From: Eubacteriaceae bacterium
GTDB lineage: Bacteria; Bacillota; Clostridia; Peptostreptococcales; Anaerovoracaceae
Assembly (NCBI GenBank): GCA_029012125.1
Contig: JAQXLM010000147.1
Span: forward strand, 2,014 to 66,013
DNA: 64,000 nt
Direction: 5' to 3'
Shown: in pieces, positions 10,377 through 19,642 of the stretch
Position numbering within the stretch: the stretch's first letter is position 1
Layout: each line of letters opens with the position of its first letter
Notes under the pieces: generated by a model
What the model was told of the DNA's origin: nothing
The model's database searches: none
What the model saw: the letters and a program-made list of their open reading frames with translations, nothing else
Made by a program: the position numbers and the translations under genes

Positions 10377-11741
10377 TTAGAAACGTCTGCGTTTTGACGA
10401 TGAAAGAATTCCCATTCCTTCTCTGTATTTGGCAACCGTTCTTCGGCTTATATGTATTTCCTTTGCTTCAAGCATTTCGGCAATACACTGGTCACTGACA
10501 GGCTTTTTCGGATCTTCTTCACTGATAATATCTCTTATCATTGATTTTATGCTGTTTGATGAAACGGAAGTTCCGTCGTCCATGGCAAGTCCGCTTGAGA
10601 AAAAATGCTTAAGCTCATACACTCCCTGAGGACTTTGGATATACTTTCCGTTAATAGTTCGGCTTACAGTAGATTCATGAATTCCCAGCTCGTCTGCAAT
10701 CTGCTTCAGAGTAAGTGGCTTCAGATATTTTTCACCTTTCTCGAAAAACTCTCTCTGATATGAGAAAATTGCACTTGCAACGCTGTGAATGGTGTTACGT
10801 CTCTGCTCTATGCTCTTAATCAGCCATATTGCAGAATTAAACTTATCGTTCAGATAATTCTTTAGTTCCTCATCATCTCCGGCTTCCCTTACAACCTTAT
10901 CATAATAAGAGCTGAGCATAAGCTTAGGTGTACTCTTATTATTGGTTACAACCGTATACTCACCGTTAACCATTTCAACAAAAACATCAGGAATTACATA
11001 ATTGGTTCCCTGTCCTGTAGAAAAAGCTCTGCCCGGCTTTGGATCCAGGGATTTTATCAAATCCGCCAGACCCTGAACCTGTTCAGGGGTCATACCGATT
11101 TTCTTGGAAATGACAGCAATCCTGTTTTCTGCAAGATCCTCAAGCATATCTGTTATCACATATTCAATTTCTTTTGTCAACAAACCCTTCGCTTCCAGTT
11201 GGATTATCAAACACTCACGTAGATTTCGAGCACATACACCTACAGGGTCAAAGGTCTGAATCACATCAATTACTTCGTCAATGATTTCAGCATCAAAGCC
11301 CAATTCTTCAGCCAGCTCTTCAGTTGACATAGTTAAATAGCCGTTATCATCAATAGCCTCAATAATGTAAGTACCAATAGCGGCTTTATCACCCTTTAAA
11401 TTGCTGAAATTTAGCTGGGTTAAAAGATAGTCTGTAAGGGTTTCCTCTTTAGATACATACTGTTCGTATGTATATTCCTCGTCATCATCAGGTGAATACT
11501 CAAATTGTCTGAATCTTTCCGAATCAGCAATTGATTCTCGCAATTTTTCCTTAATATCAACCGCCTGTGAGGACTCGAGTGTTGATTTACTTTCAAGAAC
11601 CGGATTCTCCAGAACTTCGGTCTTTACATATTCCATCAGATCCTGATTGTTTAACTGAAGAATGTGAATTGACTGAATCAGTTCAGGAGTCATCGATAAC
11701 TTTTGGGTCTGTTCTATTACTAGGTCATATCCTATCTTCAT
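10377..11741 (-). CDS. rpoN: RNA polymerase sigma-54 factor
   Basis: Q/L-rich region I, HESTVSR helix-turn-helix and RpoN box SRRTVAKYR. Confidence 0.97.
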   Translation of the reverse strand: MKIGYDLVIEQTQKLSMTPELIQSIHILQLNNQDLMEYVKTEVLENPVLESKSTLESSQAVDIKEKLRESIADSERFRQFEYSPDDDEEYTYEQYVSKEETLTDYLLTQLNFSNLKGDKAAIGTYIIEAIDDNGYLTMSTEELAEELGFDAEIIDEVIDVIQTFDPVGVCARNLRECLIIQLEAKGLLTKEIEYVITDMLEDLAENRIAVISKKIGMTPEQVQGLADLIKSLDPKPGRAFSTGQGTNYVIPDVFVEMVNGEYTVVTNNKSTPKLMLSSYYDKVVREAGDDEELKNYLNDKFNSAIWLIKSIEQRRNTIHSVASAIFSYQREFFEKGEKYLKPLTLKQIADELGIHESTVSRTINGKYIQSPQGVYELKHFFSSGLAMDDGTSVSSNSIKSMIRDIISEEDPKKPVSDQCIAEMLEAKEIHISRRTVAKYREGMGILSSSKRRRF

Positions 11742-11788
11742 AAAAACAGTCTCCTTGATTACATACTCATTATAGCAATGAATAAACT

Positions 11789-12259
11789 CTATTTCAACCC
11801 TGGAAACTCTAATTGACGCAACGCTTCAAATAAAATGATGTTTGCAGAATTAGACAGATTGAAAGATCTTAGTCTGACGCTCTCGCTCATCGGAATTCTA
11901 ATGGCATTTTCTTTATGTTCCTCAATAAAATCCTTTGGAAGACCGGCCGTCTCTCTGCCGAAAAGTATCATGTCTTCATCATTGTAGTTAATCTCAGTAT
12001 ATTTTTTTCCGCCTTTAGTAGTGGCTAAGTACATGGTTCTGTCACCGTACTTGGACATAAAGTCATCCAGGCTTTTGTGGACTTCCAGTTTAACATATGG
12101 CCAGTAATCCAATCCTGCCCTTCTCACTGCCTTATCATCTATTGAGAATCCAAGGGGTTCTACAAGATGAAGAACTGTATCTGTCGCTGCACAAGTGCGG
12201 GCAATGTTGCCTGTATTAGGTGGTATTTCCGGTTCAACCAGTACTATATGTAATGCCAT
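11789..12259 (-). CDS. trmL: tRNA (cytidine/uridine-34-2'-O)-methyltransferase, SPOUT family
   Basis: EPEIPPNTGNIAR, RAGLDYW, FGRETAGLP and RSFNLSNS motifs. Confidence 0.93.
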   Translation of the reverse strand: MALHIVLVEPEIPPNTGNIARTCAATDTVLHLVEPLGFSIDDKAVRRAGLDYWPYVKLEVHKSLDDFMSKYGDRTMYLATTKGGKKYTEINYNDEDMILFGRETAGLPKDFIEEHKENAIRIPMSESVRLRSFNLSNSANIILFEALRQLEFPGLK

Positions 12260-12381
12260 ATTCAACATCCTCTCTTTTTTAATGATTATGATATAATAAT
12301 AAATGTTTTTTATCAAAAATTAAAGACAAAAAAGTTTTTTTGATGTATAATTGTCCGAGTATTATTTACAAGGAGGCCGTA

Positions 12382-13347
12382 ATGGAAACAGTAAAGATTG
12401 GTATTCTCGGTCTCGGAACTGTAGGTGGAGGCACTTATCAGATTCTTGAGATGAATAAAGAAACAATTGAAAAGAGAATTCAGAAACAAATTGAAGTTGT
12501 CAAGGTATTGGAAAAAAACATGGAGAGAGTTAAGGCTCTTGGTCTTCCTGAGTCCTGTGCCACAACTAATCCTGATGAGATATTATGCTGTCCTGAAATT
12601 GACATAGTTGTTGAGGCTCTAGGCGGAATTGAACCTTCCTCAACTTTTATGCTGACTGCTTTAAACAATGGAAAATCAGTTGTAACACCAAATAAGGCTG
12701 CTGTAGCAGCAAATTATGCAGAACTTCGTGAGGCAGCTGTAAAAAACGATGTTGAATTTAGATTCGAGGCATCTGTAGGTGGCGGAATTCCTGCATTAAC
12801 AGCTATTCAGGAAGCACTTTGCGGAAATGAGTTTACAGAGGTTATGGGTATTCTTAACGGTACAACAAACTACATTTTAACAAAGATGACAGACTTAGGT
12901 TTGAACTATGATGATGTATTAAAGGATGCTCAGGCTAAGGGTTTTGCTGAAGCAGATCCGACTGCAGATGTTGAAGGTATCGATGTTGCCAACAAACTTT
13001 CAATCCTTATGGCACTGGCTTTTGACAAATACGTTCCGCCAACTGAAATCCCAACAGTTGGAATCAGCAAAATTACAATGGACGACATTGAGGCTGCAAA
13101 GGAAAAACACTGTAAGATTAAACTTATTGCACACGCTAAGAAAGATGGTGACGAAGTATCATACAGCGTTAAACCTATGGAAATTGATGAAACTCATCCA
13201 CTTGCAGGTGTATCAAATGAATTCAATGCCATTTATATTACAGGAAATGCTGTTGATGAAGTTATGTTCTACGGAAAGGGAGCAGGTGCTCTTCCAACCG
13301 GAAGCGCCGTTGTCGGTGATATTCTGGCTATTGCAAAAGCCTTATAA
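12382..13347 (+). CDS. hom: Homoserine dehydrogenase (no C-terminal ACT domain)
   Basis: GLGTVG, FEASVGGGIP, NGTTNYIL, GFAEADPTADVEG and GKGAGALPTGSAV motifs. ATG 12382 after AAGGAGG. Confidence 0.93.
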   Translation: METVKIGILGLGTVGGGTYQILEMNKETIEKRIQKQIEVVKVLEKNMERVKALGLPESCATTNPDEILCCPEIDIVVEALGGIEPSSTFMLTALNNGKSVVTPNKAAVAANYAELREAAVKNDVEFRFEASVGGGIPALTAIQEALCGNEFTEVMGILNGTTNYILTKMTDLGLNYDDVLKDAQAKGFAEADPTADVEGIDVANKLSILMALAFDKYVPPTEIPTVGISKITMDDIEAAKEKHCKIKLIAHAKKDGDEVSYSVKPMEIDETHPLAGVSNEFNAIYITGNAVDEVMFYGKGAGALPTGSAVVGDILAIAKAL

Positions 13348-13378
13348 TAATTATTACAATTCTTAGGAGGAAAAATAA

Positions 13379-13879
13379 ATGAGCTTATATCAGGATTGGA
13401 AAGATTTGATGGAAAGTCAGACTGAAGAAACCTTCGAGGCATTCTGGAAAGAGTATTCAGAGACTGAAACAAAGATATACAAATACATTCTTTCAAATCA
13501 CCAGGACCATCTGACAGGAACAGTCGCTGAGCTGGTTGAAAAATTTGAATGTAATAAAACTATCTTCGTCGGATTCCTTGACGGAATCAATTCAAGCTTA
13601 AATGCAGAAATCGATCTTAACGGCGTTACTGACGATTACGCTGTAGATTTAGATATAGACTTTGAAAAGCTGTATTTCAACATGCTCGCTGCTGAAGCAG
13701 ACTATCTGTACACTCTTGTTGAATGGGAACAGGTTTTGACTGAGGATAAGATTCTTTCAATCATTAAGGATTTCAAGAAATCCAAGATTGTACACGTAGA
13801 AAAGAAACCGGGAAGAAACGATCCTTGTCCTTGCGGAAGCGGCAAAAAGTACAAAAAATGTTGCGGAAAGAACGCATAA
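13379..13879 (+). CDS. SEC-C (Zn-binding) motif protein
   Basis: C-terminal [19 protein letters not shown]. Confidence 0.85.
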   Translation: MSLYQDWKDLMESQTEETFEAFWKEYSETETKIYKYILSNHQDHLTGTVAELVEKFECNKTIFVGFLDGINSSLNAEIDLNGVTDDYAVDLDIDFEKLYFNMLAAEADYLYTLVEWEQVLTEDKILSIIKDFKKSKIVHVEKKPGRNDPCPCGSGKKYKKCCGKNA

Positions 13880-13885
13880 TAATTT

Positions 13886-13920
13886 AGGAGCTGTTTGTAC
13901 AATGAAACAGCTCCTTTTTT
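13886..13920 (+). terminator. Intrinsic terminator, possibly also serving the convergent dlt operon
   Basis: AGGAGCTGTTT...AAACAGCTCCT followed by a T run. Confidence 0.8.
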
Positions 13921-13942
13921 AGTCTCTATGATATTCTTCATG

Positions 13943-14047
13943 CTAAAACTCTGCATATGTGAACTGGGAGGCTGATGCTTCAGGACCGAAGATAAAATAC
14001 AGATATACTGCAGACAGCAATAAAAAGAATACTACAACATAAAACAT
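13943..14047 (-). CDS. dltX: Teichoic-acid D-alanylation small membrane protein DltX (34 aa, below the ORF-track cutoff)
   Basis: My translation: MFYVVVFFLLLSAVYLYFIFGPEASASQFTYAEF*. One TM helix, YLY, and a C-terminal FxYxEF motif. AGGAG RBS overlaps the dltD stop. Confidence 0.88.
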   Translation of the reverse strand: MFYVVVFFLLLSAVYLYFIFGPEASASQFTYAEF

Positions 14048-14060
14048 GAAGCTTCTCTCC

Positions 14061-15179
14061 TTATTGCTGATGTTTTTTAAAGAACTCATAAGCTTTCTCA
14101 TTAATAATCACCCACCCTTTTGATGTAGGATGCACTGCATCCTCAAAAAAATTCTCCGTATATTCTTCACCGGAAAGATCAGCATACTCCACACCCTTTT
14201 GTTTTGCTATCTCTCCTACAGTTTCATACACCACATGTCTTTTCTCACTTGTAAGACCTGTATAATCGTACCATTTACCATTCAGAGGCTGCATAATAAG
14301 AAGTACTTCCAGACCCTGCTCTCTGCAGATATCCAGGAAAAGCTGCAGATCGTCATATTCCTCGCTACCTTCAAAGCTCTTATTTGAATTACAGTTTTTA
14401 CGATCTGTCAGCTTTGATGCAAAGTTTTTTTCAAATACTTTGTCCTGCATGTTATACTCATTGGTACATTTGCCTCTGCATTCCTTCTCTGCTTCTTCTT
14501 TCAATGTTTGAAAATCAATGTTTTCTGAATTCCATGTATCATTTACAGCTGTTTTTTTCGTCATTAACCATGAAGTGGCACATTTATTTCGATCCCTTTC
14601 TCTTCGAAGCAGGTCATCTATGCCTGACATACCTATTCCCCCGGTAGCGGTATCGTCTTTGCCAAGCAATGTCTCGACTTTAAGCTTTACTTTGGCTTTG
14701 GTTTCCTCGCTCAGTTCACGGTTTTTCATCAAAGCCTTATATTCTCCTTCAGAAAATCTGAGTATAAACTTGGTTTCCCGCTGCCTGTCATTTTTATAAA
14801 ACCATGTAGGCGATAAAATAAGTGCAACCTTTTTATTCTGCAGCTCCGAGCCTAATGCACCTACAGCTATAGCATGATTTAGACTTTGATTAAAAGCTCC
14901 CCCTATGCACATGAGATTCAAATCTGTACCCCTAAACAGATTTGCAGGGTTATACTTATGACTCAGTCCATGATGAAACTCTGAAGAACCCATATATAAT
15001 GCAGTTTCAGGCGTAATATTACGCTTGAGCGCCTCATAAGATGCATCCTTGGAATAGCTTATCCAATAACCGAAATCTCTGTTCTGCTTAGGCAAAACAG
15101 CAATACTTAAGAAGTGCACAGTAATTGCAAATGTCATAAAAACTGCCAGCGCAACGGAAAAAGCCTTTATCTTTTTCAT
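14061..15179 (-). CDS. dltD: D-alanyl-lipoteichoic acid biosynthesis protein DltD
   Basis: N-terminal TM, GSSEF, ILSPTWF, PLNGKWYDYTG and DAVHP...GW motifs. Confidence 0.9.
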   Translation of the reverse strand: MKKIKAFSVALAVFMTFAITVHFLSIAVLPKQNRDFGYWISYSKDASYEALKRNITPETALYMGSSEFHHGLSHKYNPANLFRGTDLNLMCIGGAFNQSLNHAIAVGALGSELQNKKVALILSPTWFYKNDRQRETKFILRFSEGEYKALMKNRELSEETKAKVKLKVETLLGKDDTATGGIGMSGIDDLLRRERDRNKCATSWLMTKKTAVNDTWNSENIDFQTLKEEAEKECRGKCTNEYNMQDKVFEKNFASKLTDRKNCNSNKSFEGSEEYDDLQLFLDICREQGLEVLLIMQPLNGKWYDYTGLTSEKRHVVYETVGEIAKQKGVEYADLSGEEYTENFFEDAVHPTSKGWVIINEKAYEFFKKHQQ

Positions 15180-15180
15180 C

Positions 15181-15429
15181 TTATTTCTGCAGACCTGCTT
15201 CTACAATACCGATAATTTTTGCAGGGGTATCCGATTCTTCGCGAGTATATTCTGACGGTGAAATAACTATATCAAATTCTTCTTCCAGTCTTATAATGAG
15301 GTCTGTGTAATCCAGTGAATCCATCAGTTCCTCATCCAACAGATTAATGTCAATGTCTTCCCTGACAATTTCCTCGTCACAAATCTCTACTAAAATGTCA
15401 AATACTCTTTCTTTTACACTCTTATTCAT
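15181..15429 (-). CDS. dltC: D-alanyl carrier protein
   Basis: Acidic ACP-like protein with LMDSL phosphopantetheine site and TPAKII, located between dltB and dltD. Confidence 0.9.
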   Translation of the reverse strand: MNKSVKERVFDILVEICDEEIVREDIDINLLDEELMDSLDYTDLIIRLEEEFDIVISPSEYTREESDTPAKIIGIVEAGLQK

Positions 15430-15448
15430 CCCTTATACCTCTCTCTTT

Positions 15449-16561
15449 TTATGCAAGTAGCTGTCCGGAAAAAAGATAGAATCCGAACATTACCAGATTA
15501 AACGTTACAAACATGCTTAAGTTTTTATACCAGGTTTCTTTTTTATGAGTCTTATAAAACTTTGATTTTTTCTGATAAGCCTCCGTCAATGCCAGAAGAA
15601 CTCCGTGATATAATCCATAAAGAATAAAATGGGGCTCCAGGCCATGCCATATGCCCATAACCGTCATGTTGACAATCATGCAAACACAGGCCTGCAGAAC
15701 TCTGTCAGAGTTAAACCATTTCTTCTTCATGACATCCTTCAGTATTCGTGAAAACAGGTAATCCCTAAACCAGGTGGATAAGGAAATATGCCATCTGTTC
15801 CAGAAATCCTTCATATCTACACTGATAAACGGAGCCTTGAAATTTGCGGGAAGGCTTATGCCGTATATTCTTCCCATTCCCACTGCCATAAGTGAGTAGC
15901 CGGCAAAATCAAAGAAAAGATACAAACCATACACATAGGCGTACTGGGTTCCTGCCAGCAGAAGCAATCCTCCAAGAACTTTTTTATATACAATACCTGT
16001 CAAAATTTCCAGAAGTGCATCCCCCAGCGACTTAATATAGTCATCTCGTGATTTTACTGTATTAAGCTCCCCTATGAACCTTCTGCTTCTGTCAATCGGA
16101 CCGCAAAGGATTGATGGGAAAAAAATAAGAAATATGCAGGTGTCAACAATGTCTACTTCTGTAATCAACCCATCAAAGATTTCTATTATTATCTGAACGG
16201 TCTTGAAGGTCATGTAGGAAATTCCCATAAATCCGAAAATGCTCAGGTTTGCAAAACCTCCAATTTTATATATGACCAGAGGTAAAACCGATAAAATCAT
16301 AAACAGGTAATATATATATTTGCTTTTTCCCTTGCATTTCTGAATTTTCAGAAAGGATTTCATGATTATTACTTCAATAAACAGGTACAGTATAAGATAA
16401 CCTATGGCTGTATGATTATCCTTCATTGCCAGTATTGCCATGAAAATGCTGACTGCCAATGTATAATGCTTGATGGGTACTTCTTTAATACCCATTATTA
16501 TGGCCGGTATGGCCAATGCCCCTGAAATGATAAAAAACTGATATCCTTCAAACATAGCCAT
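15449..16561 (-). CDS. dltB: MBOAT D-alanyl transfer protein DltB
   Basis: GISYMTFK, GPIDRSRRF, DFAGYS, FWNRWHISLSTWFRDY and GIWHG motifs. Confidence 0.93.
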   Translation of the reverse strand: MAMFEGYQFFIISGALAIPAIIMGIKEVPIKHYTLAVSIFMAILAMKDNHTAIGYLILYLFIEVIIMKSFLKIQKCKGKSKYIYYLFMILSVLPLVIYKIGGFANLSIFGFMGISYMTFKTVQIIIEIFDGLITEVDIVDTCIFLIFFPSILCGPIDRSRRFIGELNTVKSRDDYIKSLGDALLEILTGIVYKKVLGGLLLLAGTQYAYVYGLYLFFDFAGYSLMAVGMGRIYGISLPANFKAPFISVDMKDFWNRWHISLSTWFRDYLFSRILKDVMKKKWFNSDRVLQACVCMIVNMTVMGIWHGLEPHFILYGLYHGVLLALTEAYQKKSKFYKTHKKETWYKNLSMFVTFNLVMFGFYLFSGQLLA

Positions 16562-18036
16562 TACAACAGTTCTTCCAGTCTCTTTCTGTCTTTTTTTCCG
16601 TTGCTTGTAAGGGGCATCTCATCTATGAATTTTATTTTCTTTGGTATCATGTAGTGTGGAAGCTTTTCGGTCAGAAAAGACTTTATGTATTTTGATGCAG
16701 CAAAATCTCCATCTGACTGACAGGGAACACTGCCTGTAACAAAGGCTGTCAGGCTCTTAATCTGTCCATCCTTTTTCTTGGGCAGAACAACCGCATCCTC
16801 TATTCCATCAACCTGTATCAGATTAGCCTCTATATCTCCCAGCTCGATTCTATAGCCATGAAGTTTGATCTGATTGTCCATTCTGCCGGAATAATAAAGC
16901 ATTCCACCTTCTATGTATCCTTTATCTCCTGTCTTATAGCATCTCATTCCCGTTTTGTTGTCGGTAAAAAATGCAGCTTCAGTCTTCTTCTCATCTTTAT
17001 AATAGCCCTTTCCCACAGTGTCTCCCGATATGATTATTTCCTCGTTTTCAATATAAACGTAGGTACCCGGTTTGGGTTTTCCGATTGGAAGTCCATGATG
17101 ATCATCCAGATGCTCTTTTTTTATCTCTACAGATGTAACAGCCACGGTTGATTCCGTAGGGCCGTAAGTGTTTATTATCTTTGACTTTGGAAAACGTGTC
17201 ATCAAAGCCTTTGCGGTTTCTTTACTTAAGGTTTCACCGCAGAAAAGGAACTGTTTTATATTCGGATAATTGTTCTCGTTAAAGCCTTTATCTGCAAGCA
17301 GCATGTTTATAAACGAAGGTGTGCTAACCGTATATCCTATATTCATTTCTTTCAGAAAACTCAGGATGCTATGTACTTCCTTCTGCCTGTCTTTGTCTAA
17401 AAGACAAAGTGTTTTCCCGCTTACCAGTGCCGAATATGTATCCATAACTGACAGATCAAAGGAAAAAGGTGCCTGATTCATTATGTTTCCGTCTTCAGAA
17501 TCATTATCTGCCTGAAAGAATTCCTTCGACCACCGGGTAAATCTGTTCAGATTATCTGAAGATATTTCTACACCCTTAGGCTTGCCACTGCTTCCAGAGG
17601 TGAATATTATGTACATAGTCTTATCGTCTTCTGTTTCAATTTCCGTCACTTTACCCTTTTCGTGAGATTTTTCCAGAATAAGGTCCCTGCTAATTACGGT
17701 ACAGTCCGGTGCCTCAAAGACCTCATTGGCAAGCACCAGTGGATCTCCAATGGTGTTGATTATATCCTGTATGCGTACATAAGGCATAGACACATCCACA
17801 GGGCAATAAGGATGCCCTGATAATGCACATGCCAAAAAACTCACAAGCATGCTCGGAGATTTGTGACCATATACAATAACCGGTCTATGGTCGTCGTGTT
17901 CTTTTTGAAGCCATGCGGCCAAATTATTGGATTGTTCCCACAGATCGTGGAAGGATAGTTTTATCCCATTAGAAATGATTGCAGTCTTGTCCCCCTTTTC
18001 AAGACAAGTCTGCTCCAGTCTTTTAATTAATCTCCT
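16561..18036 (-). CDS. dltA: D-alanine--D-alanyl carrier protein ligase; expected start codon reads AGG
   Basis: FTSGSSGKPKG, NQAPFSFDLSV, YGPTE and QIKLHGYRIELG motifs. The frame stays open 38 codons upstream of the listed TTG (RLIKRLEQ...DKTAII...LSFHDLWEQSNNLAAWL), which resembles the DltA N-terminus. Confidence 0.9.
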   Translation of the reverse strand, partial: RRLIKRLEQTCLEKGDKTAIISNGIKLSFHDLWEQSNNLAAWLQKEHDDHRPVIVYGHKSPSMLVSFLACALSGHPYCPVDVSMPYVRIQDIINTIGDPLVLANEVFEAPDCTVISRDLILEKSHEKGKVTEIETEDDKTMYIIFTSGSSGKPKGVEISSDNLNRFTRWSKEFFQADNDSEDGNIMNQAPFSFDLSVMDTYSALVSGKTLCLLDKDRQKEVHSILSFLKEMNIGYTVSTPSFINMLLADKGFNENNYPNIKQFLFCGETLSKETAKALMTRFPKSKIINTYGPTESTVAVTSVEIKKEHLDDHHGLPIGKPKPGTYVYIENEEIIISGDTVGKGYYKDEKKTEAAFFTDNKTGMRCYKTGDKGYIEGGMLYYSGRMDNQIKLHGYRIELGDIEANLIQVDGIEDAVVLPKKKDGQIKSLTAFVTGSVPCQSDGDFAASKYIKSFLTEKLPHYMIPKKIKFIDEMPLTSNGKKDRKRLEELL

Positions 18037-18059
18037 ATCTCTTACCCCTTTTCAAGAAC

Positions 18060-18130
18060 AGTATATCACTTTTTGTGATAATAAAAAGGGAATTAAGACA
18101 GATGTAAGAATAGTTAAGAATTTTGTAATA
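18060..18130 (-). promoter_or_regulatory. dlt promoter: extended -10 plus four tandem direct repeats
   Basis: TGaTATACT at 18068-18060 with no good -35. Plus-strand TTAAGA/GTAAGA/TTAAGA/GTAATA at 18093, 18104, 18114 and 18125. Confidence 0.55.
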
Positions 18131-18135
18131 TTTGG

Positions 18136-18170
18136 AAAAAACAGAGACCGTCTGATATAGGCGGTCTCTG
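18136..18170 (-). terminator. Intrinsic terminator after the Ala/Gly symporter
   Basis: CAGAGACCG...CGGTCTCTG followed by T6 on the minus strand. Confidence 0.8.
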
Positions 18171-18192
18171 AAATGATCAATATATTACAGTT

Positions 18193-19599
18193 TTATAAAC
18201 TTAAGTGTTTTTCCTTGTTAAAGAAATCCTTTGTTTCCTTAGCTACTACGCCGTTTAACGCAATTAAAGCGATCAGATTTGGAATTGCCATTAAACCGTT
18301 GAAAATATCTGCTAAAGTCCATACAGCTTCTACTGTCAGGAATGGTCCGATAAGTACTGCAAGAATGTATAACCATCTGTAAACAGTCAAAGCAGACTTC
18401 TTTTTACCGATAAGATATTCCAGACATCTTTCTGAATAATAGTCCCATCCGAGAATAGTTGTGAAAGCAAAGAATGCAAGACACAGCATCAAAATAAAGG
18501 AACCGATTGAATCACTCCATGGAAGTCCCTTGGAAAAAGCATAGCTTGTGCATGCAGCTCCTTCCAGACCTGTCTCAGTAGCACCTGTCATTACAAGAGT
18601 AGTACCTGTCATAGTACAGATTACGATTGTATCGATAAAGGTTCCTGTCATAGAGATAAGGCCCTGTCTTACACTTGATGATGTTTTTGCGGCTGCAGCA
18701 GCGATAGGAGCACTACCTAAACCTGCTTCGTTAGAGAAAATACCTCTTGCAACACCCTTCTGCATAGCAATCATCATGGCACCTAACGCACCTCCTGACA
18801 TTGCACGCAATCCAAATGCGGATTTAACAATTGTAACTATTGCAGCTGGGAATTCTTTGATATTAAACAGAATAATTGCAAGACAAACAACAACATATGT
18901 AATTGCCATAAATGGTACTATTACCGTGGTAACATTAGATATACGTTTAATTCCGCCGATTACTACAAGTGCAGTTGCAACAGCAACGACAATTGCAGTT
19001 ATGACAACGGTAATTGAATATGATTCTCCAAACAAGCTTACCATATGAGCATTGTCAGGGTCTGCGAAACCCTTAACAGCGGATGCTATACCACTAACCT
19101 GAGTGATAGTACCGATACCCAGTAAACCGGCACCTATACCGAAAACAGCAAACAGCTTGCCTAACCACTTCCAGCCTGATCCCATTCCTTTTTCAATATA
19201 GTAGAATGGACCACCCAGTGCATGACCGTCGGAATCAACAGTTCTGTACTTAACTGCCAGAACACCTTCTGAGTACTTTGTAGCCATACCAAAGAAAGCT
19301 GCCAGAATCATCCAGAATAATGCTCCCGGACCACCTGCTACTACAGCTGTAGCCACACCTACGATGTTTCCGGTACCGATTGTAGCTGCCATTGCAGTAC
19401 AGAATGCACCAAAGCTGGAAACTTCGCCGGCACCTTCTTCTTCGTTTCTTACCATAAGCTTAAGAGCAAGCCCCAGCTTTCTCATCTGTAAAAGCTTAAC
19501 TCTGCATGTAAGCAGTATTCCGGTACCCATGATTAAGACAATTAGCGGTATGCCCCATACCAAATCGTCTACACTTTTGATAAATGCAGTAAAATTCAT
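18193..19599 (-). CDS. Alanine/glycine:cation symporter (AGCS/AlsT family)
   Basis: ATIGTGNIVGVATA, GGPGALFWM, GGPFYYI, RGIFSNEAGLGSAP and DTIVICTMT motifs. Confidence 0.95.
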   Translation of the reverse strand: MNFTAFIKSVDDLVWGIPLIVLIMGTGILLTCRVKLLQMRKLGLALKLMVRNEEEGAGEVSSFGAFCTAMAATIGTGNIVGVATAVVAGGPGALFWMILAAFFGMATKYSEGVLAVKYRTVDSDGHALGGPFYYIEKGMGSGWKWLGKLFAVFGIGAGLLGIGTITQVSGIASAVKGFADPDNAHMVSLFGESYSITVVITAIVVAVATALVVIGGIKRISNVTTVIVPFMAITYVVVCLAIILFNIKEFPAAIVTIVKSAFGLRAMSGGALGAMMIAMQKGVARGIFSNEAGLGSAPIAAAAAKTSSSVRQGLISMTGTFIDTIVICTMTGTTLVMTGATETGLEGAACTSYAFSKGLPWSDSIGSFILMLCLAFFAFTTILGWDYYSERCLEYLIGKKKSALTVYRWLYILAVLIGPFLTVEAVWTLADIFNGLMAIPNLIALIALNGVVAKETKDFFNKEKHLSL

Positions 19600-19642
19600 T
19601 TTTTCATCTCCTTCTTAATTTAACACAATTTTTTTTGCATTT

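Noticed and set aside
18034-18036. AGG-to-Met codon reassignment as the explanation for the dltA start
   Set aside because: AGG encodes the conserved Arg of the IlvE FRP motif in this window, so AGG is Arg.
13920-18135. dlt cluster as a mobile element
   Set aside because: No transposase, integrase, terminal repeats or target duplication visible.
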